In this document: one piece after another, positions 1 through 11,118 of the stretch
How the letters are laid out: each line of letters begins with the position of its first letter
Position numbering within the stretch: position 1 is the stretch's first letter
The notes under the pieces: model-generated
The model's input: only the letters and a program-made list of their open reading frames with translations
What the model was told of the DNA's origin: nothing
Database searches by the model: none
Made by a program: the position numbers and the translations under genes
NCBI GenBank assembly: GCA_951406725.2
Contig: OX597836.1
Span: 9,424,001-9,488,000 of the forward strand
Direction of reading: 5' to 3'
Source: Octopus vulgaris
Lineage: Eukaryota
DNA: 64,000 nt

Positions 1-2090
1 GACGGCAGATAGAAGACATATGTGTATATGGTGGAGCTGAGTCTATGACCGACCAGGATAATTTATAGCTAACATTTTTTTGTTTGAGTTTATGTATATA
101 TGTCGCCAATGAAGTAGTGTTACTCGTTATATTCGGGTTAAATGAATGTATATGTGCTAAAGACCTTCGTTTAAAGTTAATAGGGCTCCCTATATATATA
201 CCACATTGTATGAGTTATTAGTTTTTGTAACAGTGCACTTATATATCACGTTGAACAGCTACATTTGCCTTCTAAAGGACATAATTTTTTTTTATTTTTA
301 CATGTGCAATATTTAGTTGTATATTTCTTTTCTGTGGTATAATATTTAATACTGTTATGATTATTTGTTATGGTGTGTGGTGTTATATTTGAATTTGTTG
401 GGGAACCATTTATAATAGAATCAAGTATATTTACAGTTTGTGTGTTATTGTTATTAGATTGTGGCACTGGATTACCCAAATCATATTGTATATTTTGAGA
501 TGTATGATTATTGGAATTTTGAGATTTTGTTAATGTTATAGTATTGCTATGTATTCTCGTAATGATATCTATTGAACTAGTATTATGTTGAGTATTATTT
601 GGTATTCAGGACTAGTGTCTGTTTCATTACTAGTATTATTGTTGTTATTATTATTTCTTAAACTATTTTTATGTTTATTAAGTTTTCGTCTATTAGAGCT
701 GGTGATAATTGATCCTATGTTCGGCAATGTAGAAAAAGATATTTTCATTGTTGATCTATTTAAAATATGGTGATACTTATAATTATTAGGAAAGCTATTT
801 TTGACTATGTTTAGAAATTGTTTTGCTAATCCTTTAACATTTTTTGAAAATGGGGGTGTGTACCAAATTATTTCCCTATTTTCACTGCTACTACGTAAAT
901 TATCATAGTTATATACTGATTTTGGAATTTGCAAAGTATTTCCTGAATGTTTTTTGTTATTACTATATTTGATTCTATGTCTAATATAACATTTTCTAAG
1001 TTTTTTGTCATGTTTTACAGAGGTTTCATCTTTTTGTATTGATTGAATATTATTATTATTAGAGGTAAGGTTAGCTGTATTTCTTAGTTTAGTATTATGT
1101 GTAGTTTGGTTTCGTTCCATTTGTGTTATATAAATCTTAAGTTTTGTGTCTTTTATATATTTAATATTTTGTTTAAATCCACCTGCACCTAAAGCTTGCT
1201 TATAATAGCTTGCATGATTATTGAATATTTCTTCATTATAGGCTAGATCTGAGATTCTAATAGATATACTATTTACAATGCTATTAAGTAATGATACATG
1301 ATGGTTAGAATGAATGTTTATATATTTGAGGTATTCATTAGGTTTATGGAAAGGAGAATAAGTAGAGGTATTTAGGTCCAGAGTTACGTCTAAGAAATTT
1401 ACTTTACAATAGCTTTTTTCAAAGGTAATAGATAAACCAAAGGTTTTATAAAATTTACGCAGTTCTTCCCTCATTTTCCCTATTTTTCTTTTAGATCAGC
1501 CATTATATACCAGGATAGTGTCGTCTCTATATAATCTTCCTTTGAGAGAAGGGAAACATCGTCTGATCTTTTGTAATAGATATAAGCCTACCAAGTCAGT
1601 AATTTGTGCAGAATCAGAGGATCCCATGGTGATAGCAAATAAATTATTATTTGCAGCATGGCACCATAATTTAGCATTAAATTTGATAAGTGTTTTTATA
1701 GCTAGTAGTATTATATCAATTTCAAGTGGTGTAATATCAGAGAGACTTCTAGCTAAAATTATAGCTTTATTTAATATAATCGGTAGTATAGATGCATAAT
1801 AGCTATTAATGTCAAATTGTAAGGACAAGTTGGCCTTATTTGGTAGTAAATGAGAACCAAGTTATAACTTCTCCTGTGCTAAACGAAAGGTTACAATTGA
1901 GTTTTTTCTTCACTATAGGTATAATTCTGTCAAATATATTTTGACTGATTCTGGCAACGTCCGACTTGTTTGAACAAATTAATCTTATAGTCGAATTAAT
2001 ATTGAAATCAGATTTGTGGTCCTTTACATTGAAGTGCGGTGGGTTCAGAGTGTATATTTCCATGCGGTCTTCGACATCTTTTCCGTAAAT
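1..2090 (-). mobile_element. Penelope-like retroelement (RT + GIY-YIG), frameshifted/decayed; runs off window start
   Basis: Minus ORFs 1836-2063, 1496-1828 (FDI..Y, MGSSDSAQITDLVG, LYRDD), 569-1474 (VNFLDVTL, YINIHSNH, WYTPPFS) and 246-479 (CTC..CPLEGKC); 1-245 reads IYKCTV..YI/G..FKRR..H..TSLATYIH..WS, a GIY-YIG-like segment. Confidence 0.85.
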
Positions 2091-2139
2091 TTTTAAATAG
2101 CATTCGAATGACTACACGGAAATTCACCCTGTTTCTCTC

Positions 2140-2905
2140 TGACAAGTGGATGTATTACACATCCATATATGCACACACATACACACCACCCAGATAAACC
2201 CAACACACATGGACACACAGAACCCCTGATAAATACAACACACACACACATACACATCCACACATATCCACACACATACATATGCACCCTGACACACACA
2301 TAAGGTTGCTTACATACACACACACCACAATGACAATTAAAACACAAACTCAGACAGACACAACACACACACTCACACACACTCACACACACACACATAA
2401 CATCCCCACCAACACAAAAAACACACAAACATACATGCGCACACATACACATACGCAAATACACACATATACACACACATGTGCACACACAACACCATCA
2501 CAAATACCAATCACACACATATATACACACACACACAATACCAAGACAACCATAACAACACAAACATACTAAGACAGAGATACACACACACACTCACGTA
2601 CACACACATAATATCCCCACTAACACAGAAAACACACAAGCATACACTTGCACCAACAAACGCACACATACACACATGTGAACAAACAAATACACACACT
2701 TGCGCACACACAACACCCTAACAAATATTAATCACACACAAACGTGCACACATATACACACATCACCCTACCAAATATTAAATACACACAGACACATTTA
2801 CATACACCACAATAAACCCTGGGACCAATCAAAAACAGCCCACACACAGATACACAAACACATGTATATATACACACACACAAGGACATGCACACTCACA
2901 CAATT
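2140..2905. repeat. CA-rich low-complexity/degenerate tandem repeat
   Basis: (CA)n-like composition with internal ~210-bp similarity (2393 vs 2603). Confidence 0.85.
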
Positions 2906-3019
2906 CTGACCTCTCAGACCAGTCCCAAAAACAACCACTGAACCACGAAACATATGTCGAAAGTAAGGGAATTTTATTAACATCTTCGTTCAACTCCATT
3001 TATTTATTTATTCATCTAA

Positions 3020-3800
3020 CTTTAGGTCTCACTGAGGAAATGACTAGAGACCGAGACCTCTGGAAGTATGCTGTGCACGAGAAGACCCGGCAGGACAAGT
3101 GAGACCATAACCCATGGCCTTCTACATGGGATGTAGCCAGCCCACTTATGCATACCTTCCCTCTTGGGACACAAAACTCTACTTGTGAAGACGTGTTGAG
3201 GCAAGTGAGAATCAGAATCGAAATTGCAGCTGAGTTACCAGTGCTGGTGGCATGTAAGAGAACCATCCATTCGTGGCCATTGCCAGTGCCGCCCAGACTG
3301 TCCTCGTGCCAGTGGCACGTAAAAAGCACCATCCGTTCGTGGCCGTTGACAGCCTCACCTGGCCCCCGTGCCGGTGGCACGTAAAAAGCACCATCCGTTC
3401 GTGGCCATCTGCCAGACTCGTCTGCACCACCAGCCATTCGTGGCCATTGCCAGCATCGCCCCGACTGGCCTCGTGCCGGTGGCACGTAAAAAGCACCATC
3501 CGTTTGTGGCCGTTGCCAGCCTCGCCTGGCCCCTGTGCCGGTGGCACGTAAAAAGCACCATCCGTCCGTGGCCGTATGCCAGCTCCGTCTGGCACCTGTG
3601 TGGGTGGCACGTAAAAAGCACCCACTACACTCATGGAGCAGTTGGCGTTAGGAAGGGCATCCAGCTGTAGAAACGCTGCCAGATCAGACTGGGCCTGATG
3701 CAGCCTTCTGGCTTCACAGAACCCAGTTGAACCGTCCAACCCATGCTAGCATGGAAAGCGGATGCTAAATGATGATGATAATGATGATGATGATGATGAT
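3020..3800 (+). mobile_element. RTE LINE 3' fragment (ORF end, 3' UTR, (GAT)n tail)
   Basis: Matches 7700-8276 (GLTEEMTRDRDLWKYAV..KTR), GTGCCGGTGGCACGTAAAAAGCACC sub-repeats, (GAT)n tail. Confidence 0.9.
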
Positions 3801-3835
3801 ACATATGTGTGCGTGTGTGTGTGTGCGTGTATATA

Positions 3836-3886
<51 letters not shown>

Positions 3887-3903
3887 CCATCTATCTATCT
3901 ATC
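3801..3903. repeat. (TG)n/(TA)n/(TCTA)n microsatellite
   Basis: Direct reading. Confidence 0.95.
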
Positions 3904-3904
3904 T

Positions 3905-5545
3905 TGTCAGGTTGGAAGAGAGATCAGATGAAAAATGCCTAAAAAGCGATCACCACAACAACCCTCTTCATTTCAGGCACTGAATTACATCCCTCCTCCC
4001 CAAACCTCACCCCACATTACCTTCCCAGTTTTCAGATTTGGCACTGTCAATGTTGGTACACTGAAAGGTAGGTCTAGTGAGATTGTAGAGATGAATGAAA
4101 GAAGACGGGTTGATGTATGCTGCATGCAAAGGGTAAGATGGAGAGGTGCTTCAGCTAGGGTCCTCACAGGCAAGGCACATAGGTATAAAGTCTTCTGGCA
4201 AGGTAACATGGATGGTGTAGGTGGTGTAGACATTCTCCTTGCGGAGAAATGGGTGGATAAGGTCATAGAGGTTGTCAGGGTATGCGATAGGGTGCTCAAG
4301 CTCAAGTTAGTCCTACAGAACGGCACAGCTACGATTATCTTCGCTTATGCCCCACATGCAGGGCTACCAAATGATCAGAAGGACCACTTTTATGATACCC
4401 TTCTACAGGCTACCTCAAAGACGAGTGGCAAGGACCTCATCTTTGTGGCTGGAGACTTTAATGGGCATGTTGGGCAGGAATCGGGTATCTTCACTGGGGT
4501 ACACAGTGGCCATGGTATTAGTATCCGAAATGATGAGGGAACTTGACTACTGGAATTCTGTGATGCATGTAACCTTTTAATCTGCAACACTAACTTCAGG
4601 AAGCCAGACTGCCACCTTATAACCTATCAGTCAGGGGACTCCGCTAGCCAAATAGACTTAATCCTCACCAGACTGCGGGATGCAGGGTTGCTCATAAATA
4701 CAAAGACCCTCCCGGGTGAAGAATGTACCCCTCAGCATAGGTGAGTCATTAGTGACTTTAGGCTTGAGGCCAGAAGGATACCAAGAAGCAGACCAATCCA
4801 GAAAAGAAGGATTTGGAAGCTAAGAACACTTCACATGGTCAGAGATTTAGGGACATCCTCATCCTTTGATGAGAGGGAGGAGGAGCTACAGACGTCGGAC
4901 ATAGAAGGTAGCTGGAAATCCCTATGGGACAGCTTGCTGAGTTCCACAGACCAAGTCTGTGGATGGTGCAAAGTCCCTTCCAGACCTAGAGTTACGTGGT
5001 GGTGGAATAATACAGTAGACAAAGCCATTACAGCAAAGAAACAGGCCTGGTAAGCCAAAAGGGAGGCTGGGTGGCAGGTATACATAGCCAAGGGTTAAGC
5101 AAACAAGAAGAAGTTTGCCAATGTCCAGCGACGTGAGGACCAACGAACTGAGGTATTTCGGATTGCAAGACAATGTGCGAGAGAAAATAGTGATGTCACA
5201 GGAGAGAAATGCGTCCGCATGGATGATGGTGCACTTTCTTTCAATGTTTCTGAAAAGAAAAAGGCTTGGAGAAGCCATTATGAGAGACTGCTGAATGTGG
5301 AGAATGAATGGGAGGAGGAGAGCCTGCCAAATGTTGACCCAGTAGAGGGACCAGATATCCGAATAGACAGCTCCCTAGTAGTTAAGGCAATTAAGGGTAT
5401 GAAGTATGAAACCAGGAAAAGCCCCTGGCCCATCAGGAATCACTGCTGAGATGCTTAAAACATCTGGTTGTGTGGGCTATGGCCTAGTCACCCGCATTGT
5501 AAACCAGGTAGTTCATAATGGAGTCATACCCAATGACTGGCGTAT
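3905..5545 (+). mobile_element. RTE LINE 5' part (AP endonuclease to start of RT), decayed
   Basis: ORF 3935-4546 with GTVNVGTL, RRRVDVCCMQ, YAPH, AGDFNGHVG; downstream SQIDL and PQHR; stops and frameshifts. Confidence 0.9.
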
Positions 5546-8276
5546 AGTGAAGATCCTGTAAATGGACATAGATTTAGAGAAGTTCTACTCGAAGCTTTCG
5601 ACGAAATAGAAGGGGATATAGCAGCACAAAATGTGGAAGCTAACTGGAGGTTTCTACGGGACAATCTGCTGAAAGCCACTGACCAGATCTGTGGATGGAG
5701 CAAAGTCCCATCTCATCCCAGGGTAACGTGGTGGTGGAACAGTGTTGTAGACAGGGCTATTAGAGACAAGAGACAGGCTTGGAAGGACTGGAGGAAAGGC
5801 GGTAGTAGGGAATTGTATCAGACTGTGAAAAGAGAAGCTAGGAGACAGGTATATTTAGCTAGAGGGGAAGCAGATAAGAAAAAAATTTGCCAATGTTCTG
5901 CGCCGTGAGGACCAAAGACTTGAGGTGTTTCGTTTTGCAAGACAGTGTGTGAGAGAGAATCGTGATGTGGTAGGAGAGAAATGTTTTCGCATGGATGATG
6001 GTTCACTTGCGCTGAATGAGGATGCAAAGAGAGAGGTTTGGAGATGCCACTATGAAAGGTTGCTCAACAAAGAGAATGAATGGGATAAAGAGAGTCTGCC
6101 GAATGTCGACCCAATAGAGGAACCAGCTATCCGAGTTGATAATTCCGTGGTAGCTAAGGCAATTAGAAGCATGAAGACAAGAAAAGCCCCAGGCCCATCA
6201 GGAATTACTGCTGAGATGCTCAAAATATCTGGCAGTGTTGGCTATAGCCTAGTCACCCATATAGTTAACCAGGTGATACACGAAGGAGTCATACACAATG
6301 ACTGGTGTAGTAGCATAATAGTCAACTGCTACAAAGGTAAGGGTGACGCTCTAGATACAAGTAATTACAGAGGTATCAAGCTGTTGGATCAGGTAATGAA
6401 GGTTACGGAGAGGGTCATAGCCCAACTGATTAGAGAGAGAGTCAACCTAGACGAGATGCAGTTTGGTTTCGTGCCAGGGAAAAGCACCACTGATGCCATA
6501 TTTCTGGTGAGACAGCTGCAGGAGAAATACCTAGCGAAAGATAAAACTCTGTACCTGGCTTTCGTTGACTTGGAGAAAGCCTTTGACAGGGTCCCCCGTT
6601 CCCTTATCTGGTGGTCAATGAGGAAACTAGGTATAAATGAATGGTTAGTGAGAGCTGTGCGTGCCATGTACAGGGACGCTGTTAGTAAGGTGAGGGTTGG
6701 CAACGAGTACAGCAAAGAATTCCGGGTGGAGGTTGGGGTCCACCAAGGCTCAGTCCTCAGCCCCCTCCTATTTATCATAGTCCTCCAGGCAATAACGGAG
6801 GAATTCAAGACAGGATTCCCCTGGGAGCTCCTCTATGCTGATGACCTTGCTCTAATTGCTGAATCACTATCGGAACTTGAGGAGAAGTTTCAGGTGTGGA
6901 AACAAGGATTAGAATCGAAGGGCCTTAGAGTCAATCTAGCTAAAACCAAAGTCCCAATAAGTAGGAAGGTAGACAAATTTCAAACGCCATCAGGTTGATG
7001 GCCCTGCTCGATCTGTAGAAAAGGTGTAGGTAGGAACTCTATAAGATGCACCAAGTGTAAGCTATGGACACATAAGAGGTGCAGCAATGTCAAAGGAAGG
7101 CTAACTAGGAAAATAGTTTTTGTATGTGGCAGATGCTCTGGTGCAATAAACACTGAAAGTGCGCAGAGACCATCTTCCGTCACATTCCAGGGAGAAAAAC
7201 TTGAAATAGTTGATAGTTTCCGTTACCTAGGTGACCAAGTCAGTAGCGGGAGTGGGTGTGCTGAAAGTGTAACTGCTAGAGTAAGAATAGCCTGGGCAAA
7301 GTTCAGAGAGCTCTTACCTCTGCTGGTGACAAAAGGCCTCTCGCTCAGAGTAAAAAGCAGACTGTATGACGCATGTGTGCAAACAGCCATGCTACATGGC
7401 AGTGAAACATGGGCCGTGACTGCTGAGGATATGCGTAAGCTTGCAAGAAATGAAGCCAGTATGCTCCGTTGGATGTGTAATGTCAGACAGAGTGTAAGTG
7501 CCTTGAGAGAAAAGTTGGACCTAAGAAGCTTCAGATGTGGTGTGCAAGAGAGGCGTCTACGCTGGTATGGACACGTAGTAAGAATGGATGAAGATAGTTG
7601 TGTGAAAAAGTGCCACGCCCTGGCGGTTGAGGGAACCTGTGGAAGAGGCAGACCCAGGAAAACCTGGGACGAGGTGGTGAAGAACGACCTTCGCTCCTTA
7701 GGTCTCACCGAGGAAATGACCAGAGACCGAGACCTTTGGAAGTATGCTGTGATTGAGAAGACCCGGCTGGACAAGTGAGGCCATAACTCATGGCCCCTAC
7801 CTGGAACGTAGTCAGTGCACCTATGCATACCTTCCTTCTTGGGACACATAACTCTACTTGTGAAGACCTGTTGAGGCAAGTGAAAATGGACAAAATGGAC
7901 AAATTCAAAAACAAACTCGATGAACATTAATGGAATTTGTAGTTTTGTGGTACTAGTGCTGGTGGCACATACGAAAGCCATCCGAACGTGGCCGTAGCCA
8001 GTGCCGCATTGACTGGCCTCCGTGCCGGTGGCACGTAAAAGACACCATCCGAGCGTGGCTGTTCACCAGCCTCGTCTGGCACCTGTGTCGGTGGCACATA
8101 AAATCACCCACTACACTCTCGGAGTGGTTGGCGTTAGGAAGTGCATCCAGCTGTAGAAACACTGCCAGATCTGACTGGCCTGGTGCAGCCTTCGGGCTTC
8201 CCAGACCCCAGTTGAACCGTCCAACCCATGCTAGCATGGAAAGCGGACGTTAAATGATGATGATGATGATGATGAT
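5546..8276 (+). mobile_element. Young 5'-truncated RTE LINE (RT, Cys/His finger, 3' UTR, (GAT)n tail)
   Basis: ORF 5925-6998 (NYRGIKLL, FVDLEKAFD, GVHQGSVLSP, YADD) continues in frame past one TGA to 7778; one poly-A frameshift near 5880. Confidence 0.95.
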
Positions 8277-8399
8277 ATAAGAATTAAAAAATATTCTAAT
8301 TTATAATGGAAATATTTGAATATCTTTCTAAATTTATGGCAACATCTTAAAGTAAAGTATTCATTGAAATTTAATATATTTCAGTCGGTTTTCAATCTA

Positions 8400-9195
8400 T
8401 CTCCATCATTTCAGAAGAATTTTTCTCCCTCTAAGGTTCTTGTTTTTATGCATGTTGGCCTTGTGGTTTGACGCTAGTCTTGGATCCCAACTTAATAAGA
8501 GCTTTCTATGTATGGACCACAAATCCTTATAGATATACAGCCTATGATTTAGGATAGATTTGTCATATAAGGCTTGAATTATGGGCTTGAAATATTTGAG
8601 TTTCATGTCAATGTCTATTGTGGAGAGACATTTACACCAATCCTGTTTGAGGGTCTCTTTCTCAATTGATTTCCAGTTAGCTCTATGAAAGTTCACACTG
8701 GAAAGATTTCCAGTGCTTTGTATAGGCTGTATATCTTTAAGGACTTTTGGTGCATACATAGACAGCTTTATTATGTTGGGATCCAGGTCTAGTGTCATTA
8801 TCACTTTCACATTATGGATGACGTCCATATTGTTTGTGAATGAGAGATCCAATATATTATTTGCATTGGTTGGCTGGAGCATAATTTGCTCCATGAATGA
8901 AGCATTGGTAAGGTTGAGCAGAAACCCCACCTGTGCTCGTTAGCAGTGTTCCATTCCTAAGAGCATTACGCCCTCTGGCCATCCCACATTAGGGAAGCTG
9001 AAGTCACCCAAAAGGAAGACGTTGATGTGTTGCTCCAGTATGGTGAGAAGTTCCATCTTTGCGAAGTAGTCTTCAAATTTGTCTGTGTGATTTGGAGCAT
9101 CTTGTTTGAGGGATTTCCATCAGAAATTTTCAAGGCTTGCAGAAACAATTGCAGTACCTTGATTGTCCAATTTCACGACGTCTTTGCTGTATAAA
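8400..9195 (-). mobile_element. CR1/L2-group LINE AP-endonuclease fragment (duplicate at ~41290-42085)
   Basis: ORF 8406-8930 QPT..NNILDL.FTN and NFHRANW; homologous to 39314-39781. Confidence 0.75.
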
Positions 9196-9384
9196 CCTAA
9201 AGAGAAAGGGAGATGGAGAGATAGAGAAAGACAGGGAGTCAGAGAAGGAGAGTGAGGAGAGAGGGGAGAGAGAGAAAGAGAGTGAGATGAAAAGGAGTAT
9301 GAAAGTGCAGATAAGTACTACTTATCAAGTACTACTTAAAAAGAAAGTTCATGCAATGCTTATGAATGACAGTTTTTGTAAAAG

Positions 9385-9866
9385 CTAACCGGCTTCCGTG
9401 CCAGTGGCATGTAAAAGGGCACCATTCACGCGTGATCGTTACCAGTGTTGCCTTACTGGTACTTGTGCCCGTGCTAGTAGGGTGCCAAGAGCACCATCCA
9501 AGCGTGATCGCTGCTAGAGCAGCCAACTGGCTTCCGTGCCAGTGGCACGTAAAAGGGCACCATTCGTGCATGATCGTTACCAATGTCACTTCACTGGCAC
9601 CTGTGCTGGTGGCATGTGTAAACGGATTCGAGTGAGGTCGTTGCCAGTACCGCCTGACTGGCCACCGTGCCGGTGGCATGTAAAAAGCACCCACTACACT
9701 CTCGGAGTGGTTGGCATTAGGAAGGGCATCCAGCTGTAGAAACTCTGCCAGATCAAGATGGGAGCCTGGTGCAGCCATCTGGTTCGCCAGCCCTCAGTCA
9801 AAATCGTCCAACCCATGCTAGCATGGAAAGCGGATGTTAAACGATGATGATGATGATGATGATGAT
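9385..9866 (+). mobile_element. RTE 3' UTR fragment with (GAT)n tail (duplicate at ~42270-42752)
   Basis: GTGCCAGTGGCAC sub-repeats, conserved AGGAAGGGCATCCAGCTGTAGAAAC block and tail. Confidence 0.85.
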
Positions 9867-10115
9867 ACGAACACACAGACACAAATACTATGCGCATGCA
9901 CTCAGACACTACACCTTGCTAGCACTCACACACACACTCTCTTTGTACACATTGTAAATAAAGTCTTCTTCTCTCTCAAACAGTAGAACGGTTGTCGTCC
10001 TTCATTTATTCCTTTGGCTCTGTATTTGGCTTTCATATTTTGTTAGGGGCGACCGTGCTGCATTTTAAAGGAGACATTTGTCACCAGCTCCATACGTATG
10101 GTCGTATTCCCTACA
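9867..10115 (+). mobile_element. Fragment of putative LTR-like repeat
   Basis: Reverse-complement homology to 35108-35375; ends in CA; AATAAA near 9956. Confidence 0.4.
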
Positions 10116-10539
10116 GCATATATGTATTTTCACAAATGTCAAAATGTTTGACTAGGGTCTTGTTGATTATCTATCACTAAGGTGAAAACAAATTATGGTT
10201 AACAACGTAGGGAATTATCCAACTGCAATTGATCTAGGTAGTAGAATGTCTGGATATGGTCTAATACATTGTCTATTACTAAGGTAAGACCAAATTATGG
10301 TTAACCAAAGTAGGGAATTAGCTAGCATACAAGAATGATTTGAATTAAAATGCTGGCATTAATGGGTCGTAAGTATTCTTTGTCTGACGGTAGTCTAATT
10401 TTAACAATCATTTTTCCATGTTTGCATGGGGTGAGCAAATTTACCATGGCAGATTTTCTACGACTGGGTGCCCATCCTGTCACGAACCCTTATCTGTTTC
10501 AGTTTAGTATTTCTCCATATTCAGACATATTGGCTTTAA

Positions 10540-10740
10540 ATTATGGTGAGATGGCAGGCCTTTCTGAGGGGAGGGGGAACTTGGATGCATCAACCTCAGT
10601 ACATGACTGGTACTTATTTTATTGACTCGGAAAGGATGAAGGTTTAAGTGAACGTCGGCAGAATTTGAGCTCAGAGTGTAAAGACGGACAAAATACCGCT
10701 AAGCATTTTGTCTGGCATGCTAACAGTTCTGCCAGCTCAG
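10540..10740 (-). mobile_element. SINE fragment (GAGCTGGCAGAA.. family)
   Basis: Reverse complement resembles 14365-14550 and 14575-14740. Confidence 0.65.
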
Positions 10741-10809
10741 CATCTTCCCATGGTCAGACAGATTTTCACACAACACTGGAAACGAAGAAGGATATTCATT
10801 TACAATAAT

Positions 10810-10985
10810 CATACACTGTCAAGATAAGGAGACATAAACATGCACACACCCACACTCATGCATAGTATTAATATAATAGAAGACAAGTAAGCTGTAGTTG
10901 AAGAGCCTTGCCCTAGGTGCCATGCAGTGGGACTGAACCTGAAACTTTGTGGTTGAGAGGCAAACTCCTTAGCCATACAGCCATG
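10810..10985 (-). mobile_element. tRNA-derived SINE 5' fragment
   Basis: Reverse complement has TGGCTGTATGG (A box) and GGTTCAGTCCC (B box), as in 21041-21200. Confidence 0.75.
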
Positions 10986-11118
10986 CCGGTACCTATAAGC
11001 TAATAAAAACTGAAAAACTAAAAATTGCAATAGAAGACTTTTTTTCTATTTGTTTCTGGTATTTTATTACAAAGTTGTCATATTTTCACTTACGTTTATT
11101 TCTTTTTATCATTTTTAG

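Noticed and set aside
2093-2983. His/Thr- and Cys/Val-rich ORFs (also 40165-40634)
   Set aside because: Translations of CA/TG/TA microsatellites
3230-3625. CRISPR-like look (palindromic ~29-nt repeat with ~30-nt spacers)
   Set aside because: Spacers are homologous to each other, the array is part of an RTE 3' UTR, the DNA is eukaryotic and there are no cas genes
10240-10375. Candidate first exons ending at GTAAGA (~10284) and GTAAGT (~10369); also GTAATC at 40631
   Set aside because: The ATG-initiated frames end in phase 1 or 2, but the 11119/44018 exon needs phase 0; start exon left unresolved
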